Source: Vicinamibacterales bacterium
GTDB taxonomy: Bacteria; Acidobacteriota; Vicinamibacteria; Vicinamibacterales; UBA8438
Direction: 5' to 3'
Assembly (NCBI GenBank): GCA_965204175.1
Contig: OZ241978.1
Location: forward strand, 4,282,728 to 4,346,727
Length of the DNA: 64,000 nucleotides
Below are positions 27,744 through 36,598 of the stretch, piece by piece; positions within the stretch are counted from its first letter, which is position 1, and each line of letters starts with the position of its first letter. Both the position numbers and the translations under genes were made by a program. The notes under the pieces were generated by a model. That model was not told the DNA's origin, did no database searches, and worked only from the letters and a program-made list of their open reading frames with translations.

Positions 27744-28034
27744 ATGCCTGCGGATGTCGAACCGGCGCCCCCACACTCGGACCCACAGCGGACGCTTGAC
27801 CTGGACACACTGACCCAGAGGCTACAGGCGACCGAAATGATGCTGATGCTACTCGCAAGCAGTGTACCGGACCCCGAACGGTTCGTGAACGCGCTGGAGA
27901 CGCTCCGCGAACTGCTTGCAAAGCCCATCGGATCCAGTCGACCGGAAGACAGCGCCGAGTATGTCGCCGCTGTCGAACGCACGCAGAACTTCGTCAAGGC
28001 GATGCTGGAGCGGCGCACACATCATGCTCAGTGA
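27744..28034 (+). CDS. Hypothetical protein (96 aa)
   Basis: GGGAGGG lies upstream of the ATG at 27744. Composition is helical and non-biased, and GC is lower than in the flanks. I recognise no family. Confidence 0.45.
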   Translation: MPADVEPAPPHSDPQRTLDLDTLTQRLQATEMMLMLLASSVPDPERFVNALETLRELLAKPIGSSRPEDSAEYVAAVERTQNFVKAMLERRTHHAQ

Positions 28035-28323
28035 TGATGTACAGGAGGCGCTGATCCGCCAGATCATCGACCAGGGCGGGACCGGCCGACCCCCGGCTCG
28101 TGAAGACCTTGGAGAGCTCGGACGCCTGTTCGGCGGGCGTTACGCCAGCACCAACATCGCCGGCCTCACGGTTATTGTGCTGCTGATACTGCTATTGCTG
28201 ATGGTGACGGTCGGCGCGTGGGCCAAGGTGACGCTCCCTTACGAGCGCGAGCTGGTCGCCAGCAGCTTCAGCGGAATCACCCTCGCGTTGGGCTATCTGT
28301 TCGGGTCCAGGGGGCGGCCGTAG
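28024..28323 (+). CDS. Hypothetical two-TM membrane protein (99 aa)
   Basis: The ATG overlaps the end of the preceding ORF by 11 nt. Hydrophobic stretches 'IAGLTVIVLLILLLLMVTVGAWA' and 'FSGITLALGYLF' suggest two TM helices. Confidence 0.45.
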   Translation: MLSDDVQEALIRQIIDQGGTGRPPAREDLGELGRLFGGRYASTNIAGLTVIVLLILLLLMVTVGAWAKVTLPYERELVASSFSGITLALGYLFGSRGRP

Positions 28324-28335
28324 GGCGGTCGCCGA

Positions 28336-28419
28336 GTCTCCGACATCGGCAACACGCTGGAGATCCACCGTGTCATGCGGCTCGGCGAGTCGGTGGACCG
28401 CCGGCGTTTCGTGCCGTAG
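28336..28419 (+). pseudogene. 3' fragment of an amidohydrolase paralog
   Basis: 'VSDIGNTLEIHRVMRLGESVDRRRFVP*' parallels the end of 22255..23631, 'LADIANTLEIDRVMRLGEWVDRSGFMPGP*'. Nucleotide identity is about 85% by eye. Nothing upstream matches. Confidence 0.65.
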
Positions 28420-28513
28420 TCGGTGGTCGGCTACCTGAGGTCCGGAGAGGCCGGCGGGTCGCGGCCGTCCATGCCGGACGGCGTCTCCGCGGAGGCCAAG
28501 CGCGCGCCGCGGC

Positions 28514-29704
28514 TTAACGCGCTCTCCGGGCGCCCGGCGACAACAGAGGCTGGAACGGCGCCGCCAGCGACAGCGTCTCGGTCCTCGGCGTATAGCAGAT
28601 CGTCTCGCTGCAGACCTGGTACAGGATCGACAACGGCACGTCGACCACCTCCGGCCGGGCCGGGTTCGACCGGTGGAACACCTCGGCGTTCGGCGTGACC
28701 GGAATCGCGACGTCGACGACGCCCTCGTAGACGTTGAGCGTCACGCCGAGCAGGGGGAACTCGCGCGGGTGCGTCGGCGGGTACTGCGCCGCCCCCACCC
28801 GCAGGCCGGGGGTGTCGGGAATCGTCACTTCCGAGGCGATGTAGTTGTCGGGGAGCGGCCGGCCGTACATGTGAAGACCGTCATCGAGCTCGAAGCGCAC
28901 GTGGACCGTCGACTGGGTCTCGAACGTCATCGACTCGTCGGACAGGAAGGCGGAGATCCGGACCTGATCCGTGCCGAGCTCGACCGCCGGGACCTCGTGA
29001 CGCGCGAGGATCCTGCCGAGCGCGGTGTCGCGAATCGTGCCGGCCGACTCCCGGGTGGCGTAGTGGCGGTGGAAGAACTTCTCGGTGACCACGCCGCTCT
29101 CGTCCGTCACGTAGACGCCGGGGAACGGCACGCCGTAGAAGCTGCGGCCGGCGCCCTGCTCCGGATCGTCCGGGGAGATCAGGGTGTTGAGGATGCCGAA
29201 CTCGCGGATGACCACCGAGTCGGCGTCGGACAGCAGATCGTAGGTCACGTCGTGCTCGTCCGCGAACGCCCGGAGCTGCTCCGGACTGTCATAGCTCACG
29301 CCGTAGACGCGGATGCCTGCCTCTTCGAAAAGCCCGAGGTTCGTTTGCAGCTCGACCAGCTGCGTTCGGCAGTACGGTCACCACACCGCCGAGCGATAGA
29401 ACACGACGATCGACCTGGAATCGCCGCGGTCCGCGTGGTAGTCGACGACCCGGCCGCGCTGATTCGGCAACGCGAACTCGGGAAGCCGATCGCCGATCGC
29501 CGGTCCGGTCGGGAACTCGTGCGACGCCGGGTAACGGCGCGCCGGATGACTGGCGGGGATGCCGATCGTGATGCCGAGGTCGTCGGTGCGGGTGCCCGGC
29601 TCCAGATCTTCGTGCGCGGAGCGGACCGGGCCGGCGTCCTGCGCCATGACGGGAATGGGAGCCATCAGCAGCGCAAGCGCCGCCACGAGTGTCCAGCGTG
29701 CCAT
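28514..29704 (-). CDS. Secreted AhpC/TSA-type redoxin (UxxC) fused to a DsbD-N-like domain. Candidate selenoprotein with in-frame TGA at 29378-29380.
   Basis: The ORFs 29378..29986 and 28514..29299 are in the same frame. Read-through gives 'FYRSAVW-U-PYCRTQLVELQTNLGLFEEAGIRVYGVSYDSPE', the WCPYC redoxin motif with TGA at the first Cys. A SECIS-like hairpin follows. A signal peptide follows the ATG at 29704. The C-terminus 'HMYG...YEG...YQVCSETICYTP' fits a DsbD N-terminal-like domain. Confidence 0.7.
29347..29363 (-). promoter_or_regulatory. Candidate bacterial SECIS hairpin
   Basis: The RNA is GCAGCU-GGUCG-AGCUGC: a perfect 6-bp stem with a GGUC-containing apical loop. The stem starts 18 nt after the U of UGA, putting the loop G/U at +25/+26. 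The outer CCGA/UCGG can also pair. Confidence 0.6.
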
Positions 29705-29835
29705 CGTCTCGTCTCCAGTAAGTCCGTCACGGCGACGGGAACGGTCGTCCGTGCTGTGGTTCGCGCCCATTCTATACACCAATTCCTCGAGCGCGGGATC
29801 CGCTGCCTCCAGGGGCGGCCAGGAACGAAGATACC

Positions 29836-29865
29836 TTGACAGTCGACAATCGAGAGGCGTATTGT
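29836..29865 (+). promoter_or_regulatory. Sigma70-like promoter candidate upstream of the PadR gene
   Basis: TTGACA (29836-29841) and TATTGT (29860-29865) are separated by an 18-nt spacer, ~20 nt upstream of the ATG at 29886. Confidence 0.35.
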
Positions 29866-29885
29866 AGGTAGTCGGGGCATCACTG

Positions 29886-30215
29886 ATGGGCAAGCCGACC
29901 GATCTCGTCCAGGGCACCCTCGACCTGCTGATCCTGCGGACCATCGAGCACCAGCCGAAGCACGGCTGGGCCATTGCCAAGCGCATCCAGCAGGTCTCGA
30001 ACGACGTGCTGAGAGTGCAGCAGGGCTCCCTCTATCCGGCTCTCTACCGCCTCGAGAAACGAGGCTGGATTGCCGGTCACTGGGCTGCGACCGAGACCGG
30101 CCGGGAGGCGAAGCTCTACTCGCTGACCGGCGCCGGGCGGGCGCATCTCAGGCAGGAGGTCGCGACCTGGGAGCGGCTCTCCGGCGCGATAGATCTCGTC
30201 ATCCAGGAGGCGTGA
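29886..30215 (+). CDS. PadR-family transcriptional regulator
   Basis: 'LDLLILRTIEHQPKHGWAIAKRIQQVSNDVLRVQQGSLYPALYRLEKRGWI' is a typical PadR winged-helix sequence. Confidence 0.9.
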   Translation: MGKPTDLVQGTLDLLILRTIEHQPKHGWAIAKRIQQVSNDVLRVQQGSLYPALYRLEKRGWIAGHWAATETGREAKLYSLTGAGRAHLRQEVATWERLSGAIDLVIQEA

Positions 30216-30320
30216 TGACCCTGTCGCGTTTGTTCGAGGCGCTGAGCGCCCGACTGCGCGCTCATTACCGGCGTGCGACTGGAGTCGATCCGGCTCGGGT
30301 GCTGCGAGCGGAGTAGTCGC

Positions 30321-33104
30321 ATGGGGTTGCGCGAACGTCTCGCTCGTCTGTTCCGGTGGGGGCGACGCGACCGGGTGGAGCGCGAGGTCTCACGAGAGCT
30401 CGCGTTGCACCTGGAGCTGGAGACGCGCCGGAACATCGAGCGGGGCCTGTCGCCGGAGGACGCGACCCGCGCCGCGCGCGCCGCGATCGGCAACGTGCCG
30501 CTGATCCGGGAGGATGTCCGGGCCGTCTGGTGCCCGCGCCGGCTCGATGCCCTCGTCCGGAGCCTCGTCCACATGCTCCGCTCGTTGCGCCGGACGCCGG
30601 GGTTAAGTCTCGCGGCGATCGGCGTGCTGGCGCTCGGAATCGGCGGGACGACCGCCGTCTTCACGCTCATCGACAGCGTGATGCTCCGGCCGCTGCCGGT
30701 GTCGGACCCGGCACGGCTCTACCGGATCGGCGACGGGGACGACACGGTCGCCACGGGCCGCCACGGCCGCTGGGGCGTGTTCCCGTTCCCGCTGTACGAG
30801 CGATTGCAGGCCGGAGCGCCGGAGTTCGAGGACGTCACCGCGTTCGACTGGGGCGGCACGCTGTTGAGCGTCCGGCGGCAAGGCGCGGAAGCGGCGGGCA
30901 GGCCCGTGCGTGCACAATATGTCACCGGATCGTATTTCTCCACGCTCGGCGTCGGCGCTTTCAGCGGCCGCCTGTTCGCGGCGGATGACGACCGGCCTGC
31001 GGCCCCTCCCGTCGTCGTGCTGAGCCGTCGCCTGTGGCAGGGCGTCTACGGGGCGGACCCGTCGCTCCTCGGCTCGACGCTGGTCGTGGAAGGTCACCCG
31101 TTCACGGTAATCGGCGTGGCGGCGCCGGGGTTCTTCGGCGAAACGGTTCGCGCGGACCCGCCGGACCTGTGGATCCCCTTGCAGCAGGAGCCGATGATTG
31201 CCGGCGACGGCTCGCTGCTGCGGCAGTCGATTTCGCCCTGGCTGTTCGTGATCGGCCGTCTCCGCGACGACGCCTCGATCGCGGGTCTGGCGCCGCGCCT
31301 GACCGGGATTCTGCACCGCTGGATCCAGTACGAGGCCGGCTACCCGGCAAACCGGATGCCGGACATCGTCCGCGAGCTCTCCAACCAGACGATCCAGGTG
31401 GTTCCGGCCGGCACGGGCATCAGTCTCGCGGGCCTGTCGATGAAGGACCAGTACGGACCCAGCCTGCGGATCCTGCTCGCCATCTGCGGTCTCGTGCTGG
31501 TCATCGCGTGCGCGAACGTCGCGAATCTGCTGCTGGCCCGGGCGGTCGCACGCCGGGCGCAAACGGCCGTGCGACTGGCGCTCGGCGCCACGCGCCGGCG
31601 GATCGTGGGGGAAGCTGTTGCGGAGGGATTGCTGCTCGCGGCGGCGGGAGGGGCCGCCGGGCTGCTGGTGGCCGTCGGGGCGGCGCGCCTGCTGGTCGCG
31701 CTGGTATTCCAGGACTCGCAGTTCGTGCCGATTGCGACGACGCCGTCGCTCGTCGTGCTGGCTTTCGCCGCCGGCCTGTCGCTCGTCACGGGCATCGCTT
31801 TCGGTATGGCGCCTGCGTGGCTTGCCACGCGGACCGATCCGATCGATGCGTTGCGCGGCCAGGGCCGCAGCATCGGCCGGCATTCGTTCCGCTTTCGCAC
31901 GGCGCTGCTGATCGTTCAGTTGTCGATTTCCGTCGCGGTCGTCGCCGGCGCGGTAATGCTCGGGCGAAGTCTCGTCAATCTCCAACGCCAGGACGTCGGC
32001 TACGAAGTACAGGGACGCGTGCTGATCAGCTTGAAGCGCCTGCCGTCCACGTACACGCCGGAGCGGCTGTCGACACTCTATCGCGACATGGAGCGGCGGC
32101 TTGCAAGCCTCCCCGGCGTGCGTGGAGCCGGACTCGCGCTGACCAATCCGCTCTTTTCGAGCTGGAGCGAGACCATCCTGGTGGCCGGGCGCCCGCCGAG
32201 CCCGAGCGACGAAGCGTCAGCGTCCTGGAACCGCGTCAGCGCCGACTATCTTCAGCACCTGGGCGTCACGCTCGCAAGGGGACGCTTGTTCGCGGAAACG
32301 GACGGCGAGACGACCGCTCCGGTTGCCGTCGTGAACGAGGCGTTCGTGAGACGTTTCTTCCGGGACGATGAAGATCCGCTCGGCCAGCACTTCGGCGTCG
32401 AGCGGCCCGAGAATGCCGATACGTTCCGCATCGTCGGTGTCATACGCGACACGAAGTTCCTGCGGTCGGGACTGAGCGAGCCGGCGGGTCCCATGTTCTT
32501 CGTTCCGCTCGCACAGCGTATCGAGTATGCGACCGACTACCGGAGGATGGTCGAGCGGCTCTCCCATTTCGTCCAGGGCATCGTGGTGGTCACCGACTCG
32601 GCGCTCGGCGAAATCGAACCGATGCTGAGGCGGACGCTGGCGGAAGCCGACCCCGACCTGACGATCATCAGCGTCAGAACGATGCAGCAGCAAATCGCGC
32701 GCTCGTCCGATCGAGAGCAGGCCGTCGCGAGCCTCGCAGGACTGTTCGCGATTGTCTCCCTCCTGCTGGCCGGAGTCGGCGTGTACGGCGTCACGGCGTA
32801 CATGGTCGCGCAGCAGGCCAACGAAATCGGCATCCGGATGGCGCTTGGCGCGGACCGCGCCAAGGTGATCGGGATGGTGTTGCGCCAGGCGTTTCGGCGC
32901 ATCGCGGTGGGGCTCGTTCTCGGCCTGCCTCTGGCCGTCGGCGCGGTCCGGCTGATGGCAAGCCAGCTCCATGGCGTGTCCTTCCGGGATCCCTTCTCCC
33001 TCGCCGTCGCCGCCGCTGCGCTCGCAGGGTGCGCGCTTGTCGCCGCCATCATCCCGGCGGGCCGTGCTGCCGCCATCGTGCCGCACGGCGGTCGGGCCGG
33101 GTGA
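30321..33104 (+). CDS. ADOP-family duplicated FtsX/MacB-like ABC transporter permease
   Basis: The N-terminal leader is 'LFRWGRRDRVEREVSRELALHLE...GLSPEDATRAARAAIGNV'. Two MacB-like periplasmic/FtsX halves follow. The gene follows PadR, as is usual for this family. Confidence 0.85.
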   Translation: MGLRERLARLFRWGRRDRVEREVSRELALHLELETRRNIERGLSPEDATRAARAAIGNVPLIREDVRAVWCPRRLDALVRSLVHMLRSLRRTPGLSLAAIGVLALGIGGTTAVFTLIDSVMLRPLPVSDPARLYRIGDGDDTVATGRHGRWGVFPFPLYERLQAGAPEFEDVTAFDWGGTLLSVRRQGAEAAGRPVRAQYVTGSYFSTLGVGAFSGRLFAADDDRPAAPPVVVLSRRLWQGVYGADPSLLGSTLVVEGHPFTVIGVAAPGFFGETVRADPPDLWIPLQQEPMIAGDGSLLRQSISPWLFVIGRLRDDASIAGLAPRLTGILHRWIQYEAGYPANRMPDIVRELSNQTIQVVPAGTGISLAGLSMKDQYGPSLRILLAICGLVLVIACANVANLLLARAVARRAQTAVRLALGATRRRIVGEAVAEGLLLAAAGGAAGLLVAVGAARLLVALVFQDSQFVPIATTPSLVVLAFAAGLSLVTGIAFGMAPAWLATRTDPIDALRGQGRSIGRHSFRFRTALLIVQLSISVAVVAGAVMLGRSLVNLQRQDVGYEVQGRVLISLKRLPSTYTPERLSTLYRDMERRLASLPGVRGAGLALTNPLFSSWSETILVAGRPPSPSDEASASWNRVSADYLQHLGVTLARGRLFAETDGETTAPVAVVNEAFVRRFFRDDEDPLGQHFGVERPENADTFRIVGVIRDTKFLRSGLSEPAGPMFFVPLAQRIEYATDYRRMVERLSHFVQGIVVVTDSALGEIEPMLRRTLAEADPDLTIISVRTMQQQIARSSDREQAVASLAGLFAIVSLLLAGVGVYGVTAYMVAQQANEIGIRMALGADRAKVIGMVLRQAFRRIAVGLVLGLPLAVGAVRLMASQLHGVSFRDPFSLAVAAAALAGCALVAAIIPAGRAAAIVPHGGRAG

Positions 33105-33235
33105 CGCGCACCGTCTCGTAGAGATCGATGGCGAGCCGTACCTTCTGCTGGACCGGCAGCATGGCCCTGCCCTTGCGCGCCAGCCGTTCCGGCAGCCCCC
33201 AGTCGCGGCTGGCGCAGCTTCGCAACTCGTCGTGG

Positions 33236-34540
33236 TCAAGCAAAGCGGTCCTCCATCTCGCGCCGCGCCTTCACCGCAGCGACGCTCGGATCGATTTCGA
33301 CATCATCCCAACGCACGACCTCACCCGGCCCGACGGGCCGCTTCAACGCTACCCCGTGTGCGAGTCCGATCGGCAGCGCCCCGCATTGAAGTGACGCCCT
33401 CGCCGGGAGCAGCTTGCCGTAGACGGTGAACCCGCCTTCCCCGTCGAGGGTCTCCCCCGCCGCGAGATCGCGCTTGGCGGTCGCCGCCACGTCGCCGACG
33501 AAGCCGCGGGTAGCGCCGGTCGGCTTCCCGAGCAGCCCGGCGGCGAGAATCGACACGTTCAGCTCCAGCCCGATGAGATGGAACGGCTTGTACATGGCCG
33601 AGTACCGGCCCGTCGCGTCGGTGTTCATGCCGTACTGGCGAAAGCAGGCCGCGGTGTAGTCGTTGGGCGCCTCGATGACGACGTAGACGCCCCAGCGCAG
33701 ATCGTTCGGCACGGGCCGGCCGTCGCGCTCCAGCGACGACACCACCTCGACCTGCCCCTTGTGGTGAAGCTGCCCCCCGTCCCCGGCGGGGCGCAGCACG
33801 TGCGCGAGGTCCTCCTTGCCGCAGGGCGGGAACCGCAGGCCGTCGGGCGGCGGCGCGAGGCTGGTGGCGTTGGCGATGGCGGCCATCTCGATGGCGGACT
33901 TCGTCCCGTCGAGGAACGAGTTGAACATCCGGCTGTTCATGCCCGCCGCGGCGGCCTGCCCGGCGGTGAGTCCGTAGTGGTCCCACACCGTGTCCGGCGT
34001 CGAGGCGTGGTACGACGGCAGGTACCTGGTGCCCTTCCCCGCCGCCACGACGTCGAAGCCGCACGAGCGCGCCCATTCCACCAGCTCGCAGGTGAGCGCC
34101 GGCTGATCGCCGTAGGCCATCGTGTAGACGACGCCCGCTTCGCGTGCTTCGTCCGCGAGCAGCGGCCCCGCAAGCACGTCGGCCTCGACGTTGACCATCA
34201 CGATGTGCCGGCGCGCCGCAAGGGCGGCGCGGGCGTGCGCGATGCCCGCCGCGGGGTCGCCGGTCGCCTCCACGACGACGTCGACGGCAGCGTCCCCGAT
34301 GGCGTCCACGGCGTCTGTCGTGAACCGCGTCCCGGCGATGCGCTCGGCGCTCCAGCCCACGGCGCGGCAGGCGGCGCGGGCGCGGTCCGGATCGAGGTCC
34401 GCGATCACGGGCACCTCCAGCCCGACCGCCGACGGCGCCTGGCTCAGGAACATCGAGCCGAACTTGCCGGCGCCGATCAGGCCGACGCGCACCGGCCGGC
34501 CGGCGGCGGCGCGCTCGCGGAGCTGGTCGTAGAGGTACAT
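33236..34540 (-). CDS. NAD(P)-binding dehydrogenase with a C-terminal SAF domain (COG4091-type, homoserine-dehydrogenase-like)
   Basis: The Rossmann motif 'VGLIGAGKFGSMF' is present. Length and C-terminal pattern fit this family, from memory. Confidence 0.7.
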   Translation of the reverse strand: MYLYDQLRERAAAGRPVRVGLIGAGKFGSMFLSQAPSAVGLEVPVIADLDPDRARAACRAVGWSAERIAGTRFTTDAVDAIGDAAVDVVVEATGDPAAGIAHARAALAARRHIVMVNVEADVLAGPLLADEAREAGVVYTMAYGDQPALTCELVEWARSCGFDVVAAGKGTRYLPSYHASTPDTVWDHYGLTAGQAAAAGMNSRMFNSFLDGTKSAIEMAAIANATSLAPPPDGLRFPPCGKEDLAHVLRPAGDGGQLHHKGQVEVVSSLERDGRPVPNDLRWGVYVVIEAPNDYTAACFRQYGMNTDATGRYSAMYKPFHLIGLELNVSILAAGLLGKPTGATRGFVGDVAATAKRDLAAGETLDGEGGFTVYGKLLPARASLQCGALPIGLAHGVALKRPVGPGEVVRWDDVEIDPSVAAVKARREMEDRFA

Positions 34541-34550
34541 CGCGTGCAGC

Positions 34551-35345
34551 TCAAGCCGCCGTGCCGGCGCGCACGAGCTCGGTGAGGCAGTCGTCCGCCA
34601 GTGGCTCGATGGGGTTGAAGTCGCGGTGCGCGATCCACGCGGCGCGCTTGAAGCGGCGGATGTGGTTGTCGACGTGGCAGAGCGACAGGTACACGATGCT
34701 GCGGCCGAACGGGCTGATGTTCGGCGGGCTCGCGTGGACCAGCGTCGAAGCGAAGACGATGATGCTGCCCGGCGGCCCGGTCGGGGCCACGCAGCCGCCC
34801 CGCTCGGCGAGCCGCGTCACCGTGGCGCGATCGAGCGTCCACAGCGGGTAGCTCGTCGTCTCCAGGTCGTGCCCGGCGTCAAACACCCCCTGCTTGTGGC
34901 TCCCCGGCAGGAACAGCAGCGGGCCGTTGGCGGCGGTCACCTCGTCGAGGAACACCGCGATGTTCATGGCCCGCGGCTCCGGCATCTCGTCGTCGCGGTG
35001 CCAGGTGCCGAAGTCCTGGTGCCACTGCCAGACCTCGCCGTCGAACGCGGCCTTGGCGTTCACCTTGTACTGATGCATGTAGACCGGGCCGTCGACGAGC
35101 TGCATCACCGGCTCGACCAGGCGTGGGTGGCGCCCGAGGCGGCGGAACGCCTCGTGGTAGGTGTGCGCGGCGAACGCGGTGCGGGCGACGCCGCTCGACT
35201 CGCGCCACACCTCCTCGCGGTCGAGGGCGTAGACCTCGTCCGCGGCGGCCCGCAGCACCGCCGCCTCCTCGGTCGAGAAGCGCGACGGGAAGAACAGGTA
35301 GCCCTGCTCGTCGAACCGCGCGATCTCCTCGGGGGTCAGCTTCAT
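34551..35345 (-). CDS. PhyH-superfamily Fe(II)/2-oxoglutarate dioxygenase, EctD-like
   Basis: 'WQWHQDFGTWHRDDEMPEP' resembles the ectoine-hydroxylase signature F-x-WHSDFETWH-x-EDGMP. The gene lies 10 nt upstream of the SAF dehydrogenase gene. Confidence 0.7.
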   Translation of the reverse strand: MKLTPEEIARFDEQGYLFFPSRFSTEEAAVLRAAADEVYALDREEVWRESSGVARTAFAAHTYHEAFRRLGRHPRLVEPVMQLVDGPVYMHQYKVNAKAAFDGEVWQWHQDFGTWHRDDEMPEPRAMNIAVFLDEVTAANGPLLFLPGSHKQGVFDAGHDLETTSYPLWTLDRATVTRLAERGGCVAPTGPPGSIIVFASTLVHASPPNISPFGRSIVYLSLCHVDNHIRRFKRAAWIAHRDFNPIEPLADDCLTELVRAGTAA

Positions 35346-35459
35346 GACGGTTCTCCCTCGCCCGGAAAGCCTCGCCTTGCGGCCGCGGCTCTCCACCCGA
35401 TCAACCCGCTCCAGGGTCCGCGTGGTTCACGCCGCGGACCCTGGCGTACACTGGGCGCC

Positions 35460-35837
35460 ATGCCCAACGCAGCGACCGTCACCAAGTTTACGTGGAACGA
35501 CATGCCGAAGGAGCGGGTCACCAACCGCATCGACCGCCGCATCGTGTGCGGGGACGGCACGATGGTGGCCCACGTCTACCTGCAGAAGGGCGCAATCGTG
35601 CCGGCGCATTCGCACCACAACGAGCAGCTCACCTACGTCCTGCAGGGCAGGCTCCGGTTCTGGGTGGGCGACGACCTCTCGCAGGTCTTCGACGTCGGCG
35701 CGGGAGAGATCCTGCACCTGCCGTCGAACGTGCCGCACAAGGCCGAGGCGCTGGAGGAGACGCTCGACGTCGACATCTTCAACCCGCCGCGGCAGGACTG
35801 GCTGGACCACACGGACGACTACTTCAAGGACCAGTAG
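35460..35837 (+). CDS. Cupin-domain protein
   Basis: 'GAIVPAHSHHNEQLTYVLQGRL...GEILHLPSNVPHKAEA' matches cupin motifs. Confidence 0.75.
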   Translation: MPNAATVTKFTWNDMPKERVTNRIDRRIVCGDGTMVAHVYLQKGAIVPAHSHHNEQLTYVLQGRLRFWVGDDLSQVFDVGAGEILHLPSNVPHKAEALEETLDVDIFNPPRQDWLDHTDDYFKDQ

Positions 35838-35847
35838 GGACAAGCGA

Positions 35848-36582
35848 ATGGCCCGACTGACCGACTACCGCGTTCTTACCTTCGACTGCTACGGCACGCT
35901 CATCGATTGGGAGTGCGGGATCTGGGATGCACTGCAACCGCTGATCATGCGCAACGGCGACTCGGGCAGTGAAGTCACGCGCGACGTCGGGCTCCGGGCT
36001 TTCGCGCAGTGCGAGAGCCGGCAGGAGCAGGCCACGCCCGGCCTGTTCTACCCGGAGCTGCTCGCCCGCGTACACCGGCGCATCGCGGAGAGCCTGGGTC
36101 TGGAGAGCAGCCCGGCGCTCGACGAGGCGTTCGGCGCCTCCGTGCCCCACTGGCCGGCATTCCCGGATACCGCCGACGCGCTACGCGCCCTCAAACGCCG
36201 CTACAAGCTCGTTATCCTGTCCAACGTGCACCGCGACGGCATCGCCGCCTCGAACCGCAAGCTCGGGGTGGAGTTCGACGCCATCTACACCGCCGAGGAC
36301 ATCGGCTCCTACAAGCCGTCGGACGCCAACTTCGAGTACCTGCTGGCCCACCTGCAGTCGGACCTGGGTCTGGAGCGGTCGGACGTGCTGCACACCGCAC
36401 AGAGCCTGCACCACGACCATGTGCCGGCGAAGCGCTTCGGCCTCGCCAACGCCTGGATCGACCGGCAGCACCTGTCGGAAGGCGGAAGCTGGGGCGCCAC
36501 GGAACGCGTCGCGGAGATGCCAACTACCGACTTCGTCTTCTTTTCGATGAGCGAGATGGCGGAAGCCGTGTCTGCCGGCTGA
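35848..36582 (+). CDS. Haloacid dehalogenase type II / HAD hydrolase
   Basis: HAD motifs 'LTFDCYGTLIDWE', 'LVILSNV' and 'SYKPS' are present. Confidence 0.8.
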   Translation: MARLTDYRVLTFDCYGTLIDWECGIWDALQPLIMRNGDSGSEVTRDVGLRAFAQCESRQEQATPGLFYPELLARVHRRIAESLGLESSPALDEAFGASVPHWPAFPDTADALRALKRRYKLVILSNVHRDGIAASNRKLGVEFDAIYTAEDIGSYKPSDANFEYLLAHLQSDLGLERSDVLHTAQSLHHDHVPAKRFGLANAWIDRQHLSEGGSWGATERVAEMPTTDFVFFSMSEMAEAVSAG

Positions 36583-36598
36583 ACCGGGCTCGGGCGAT

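Noticed and set aside
33049-33243. A 64-aa minus-strand ORF with a protein-like start ('DHDELRSCASRDWGLPERLARKGRAMLPVQQKVRLAIDLYETV') downstream of the SAF dehydrogenase gene.
   Set aside because: It has a TTG start inside the upstream gene's end and no RBS. Its second half is antisense to the ADOP permease 3' end. I recognise no family. It could be a relic, but that is unsupported.
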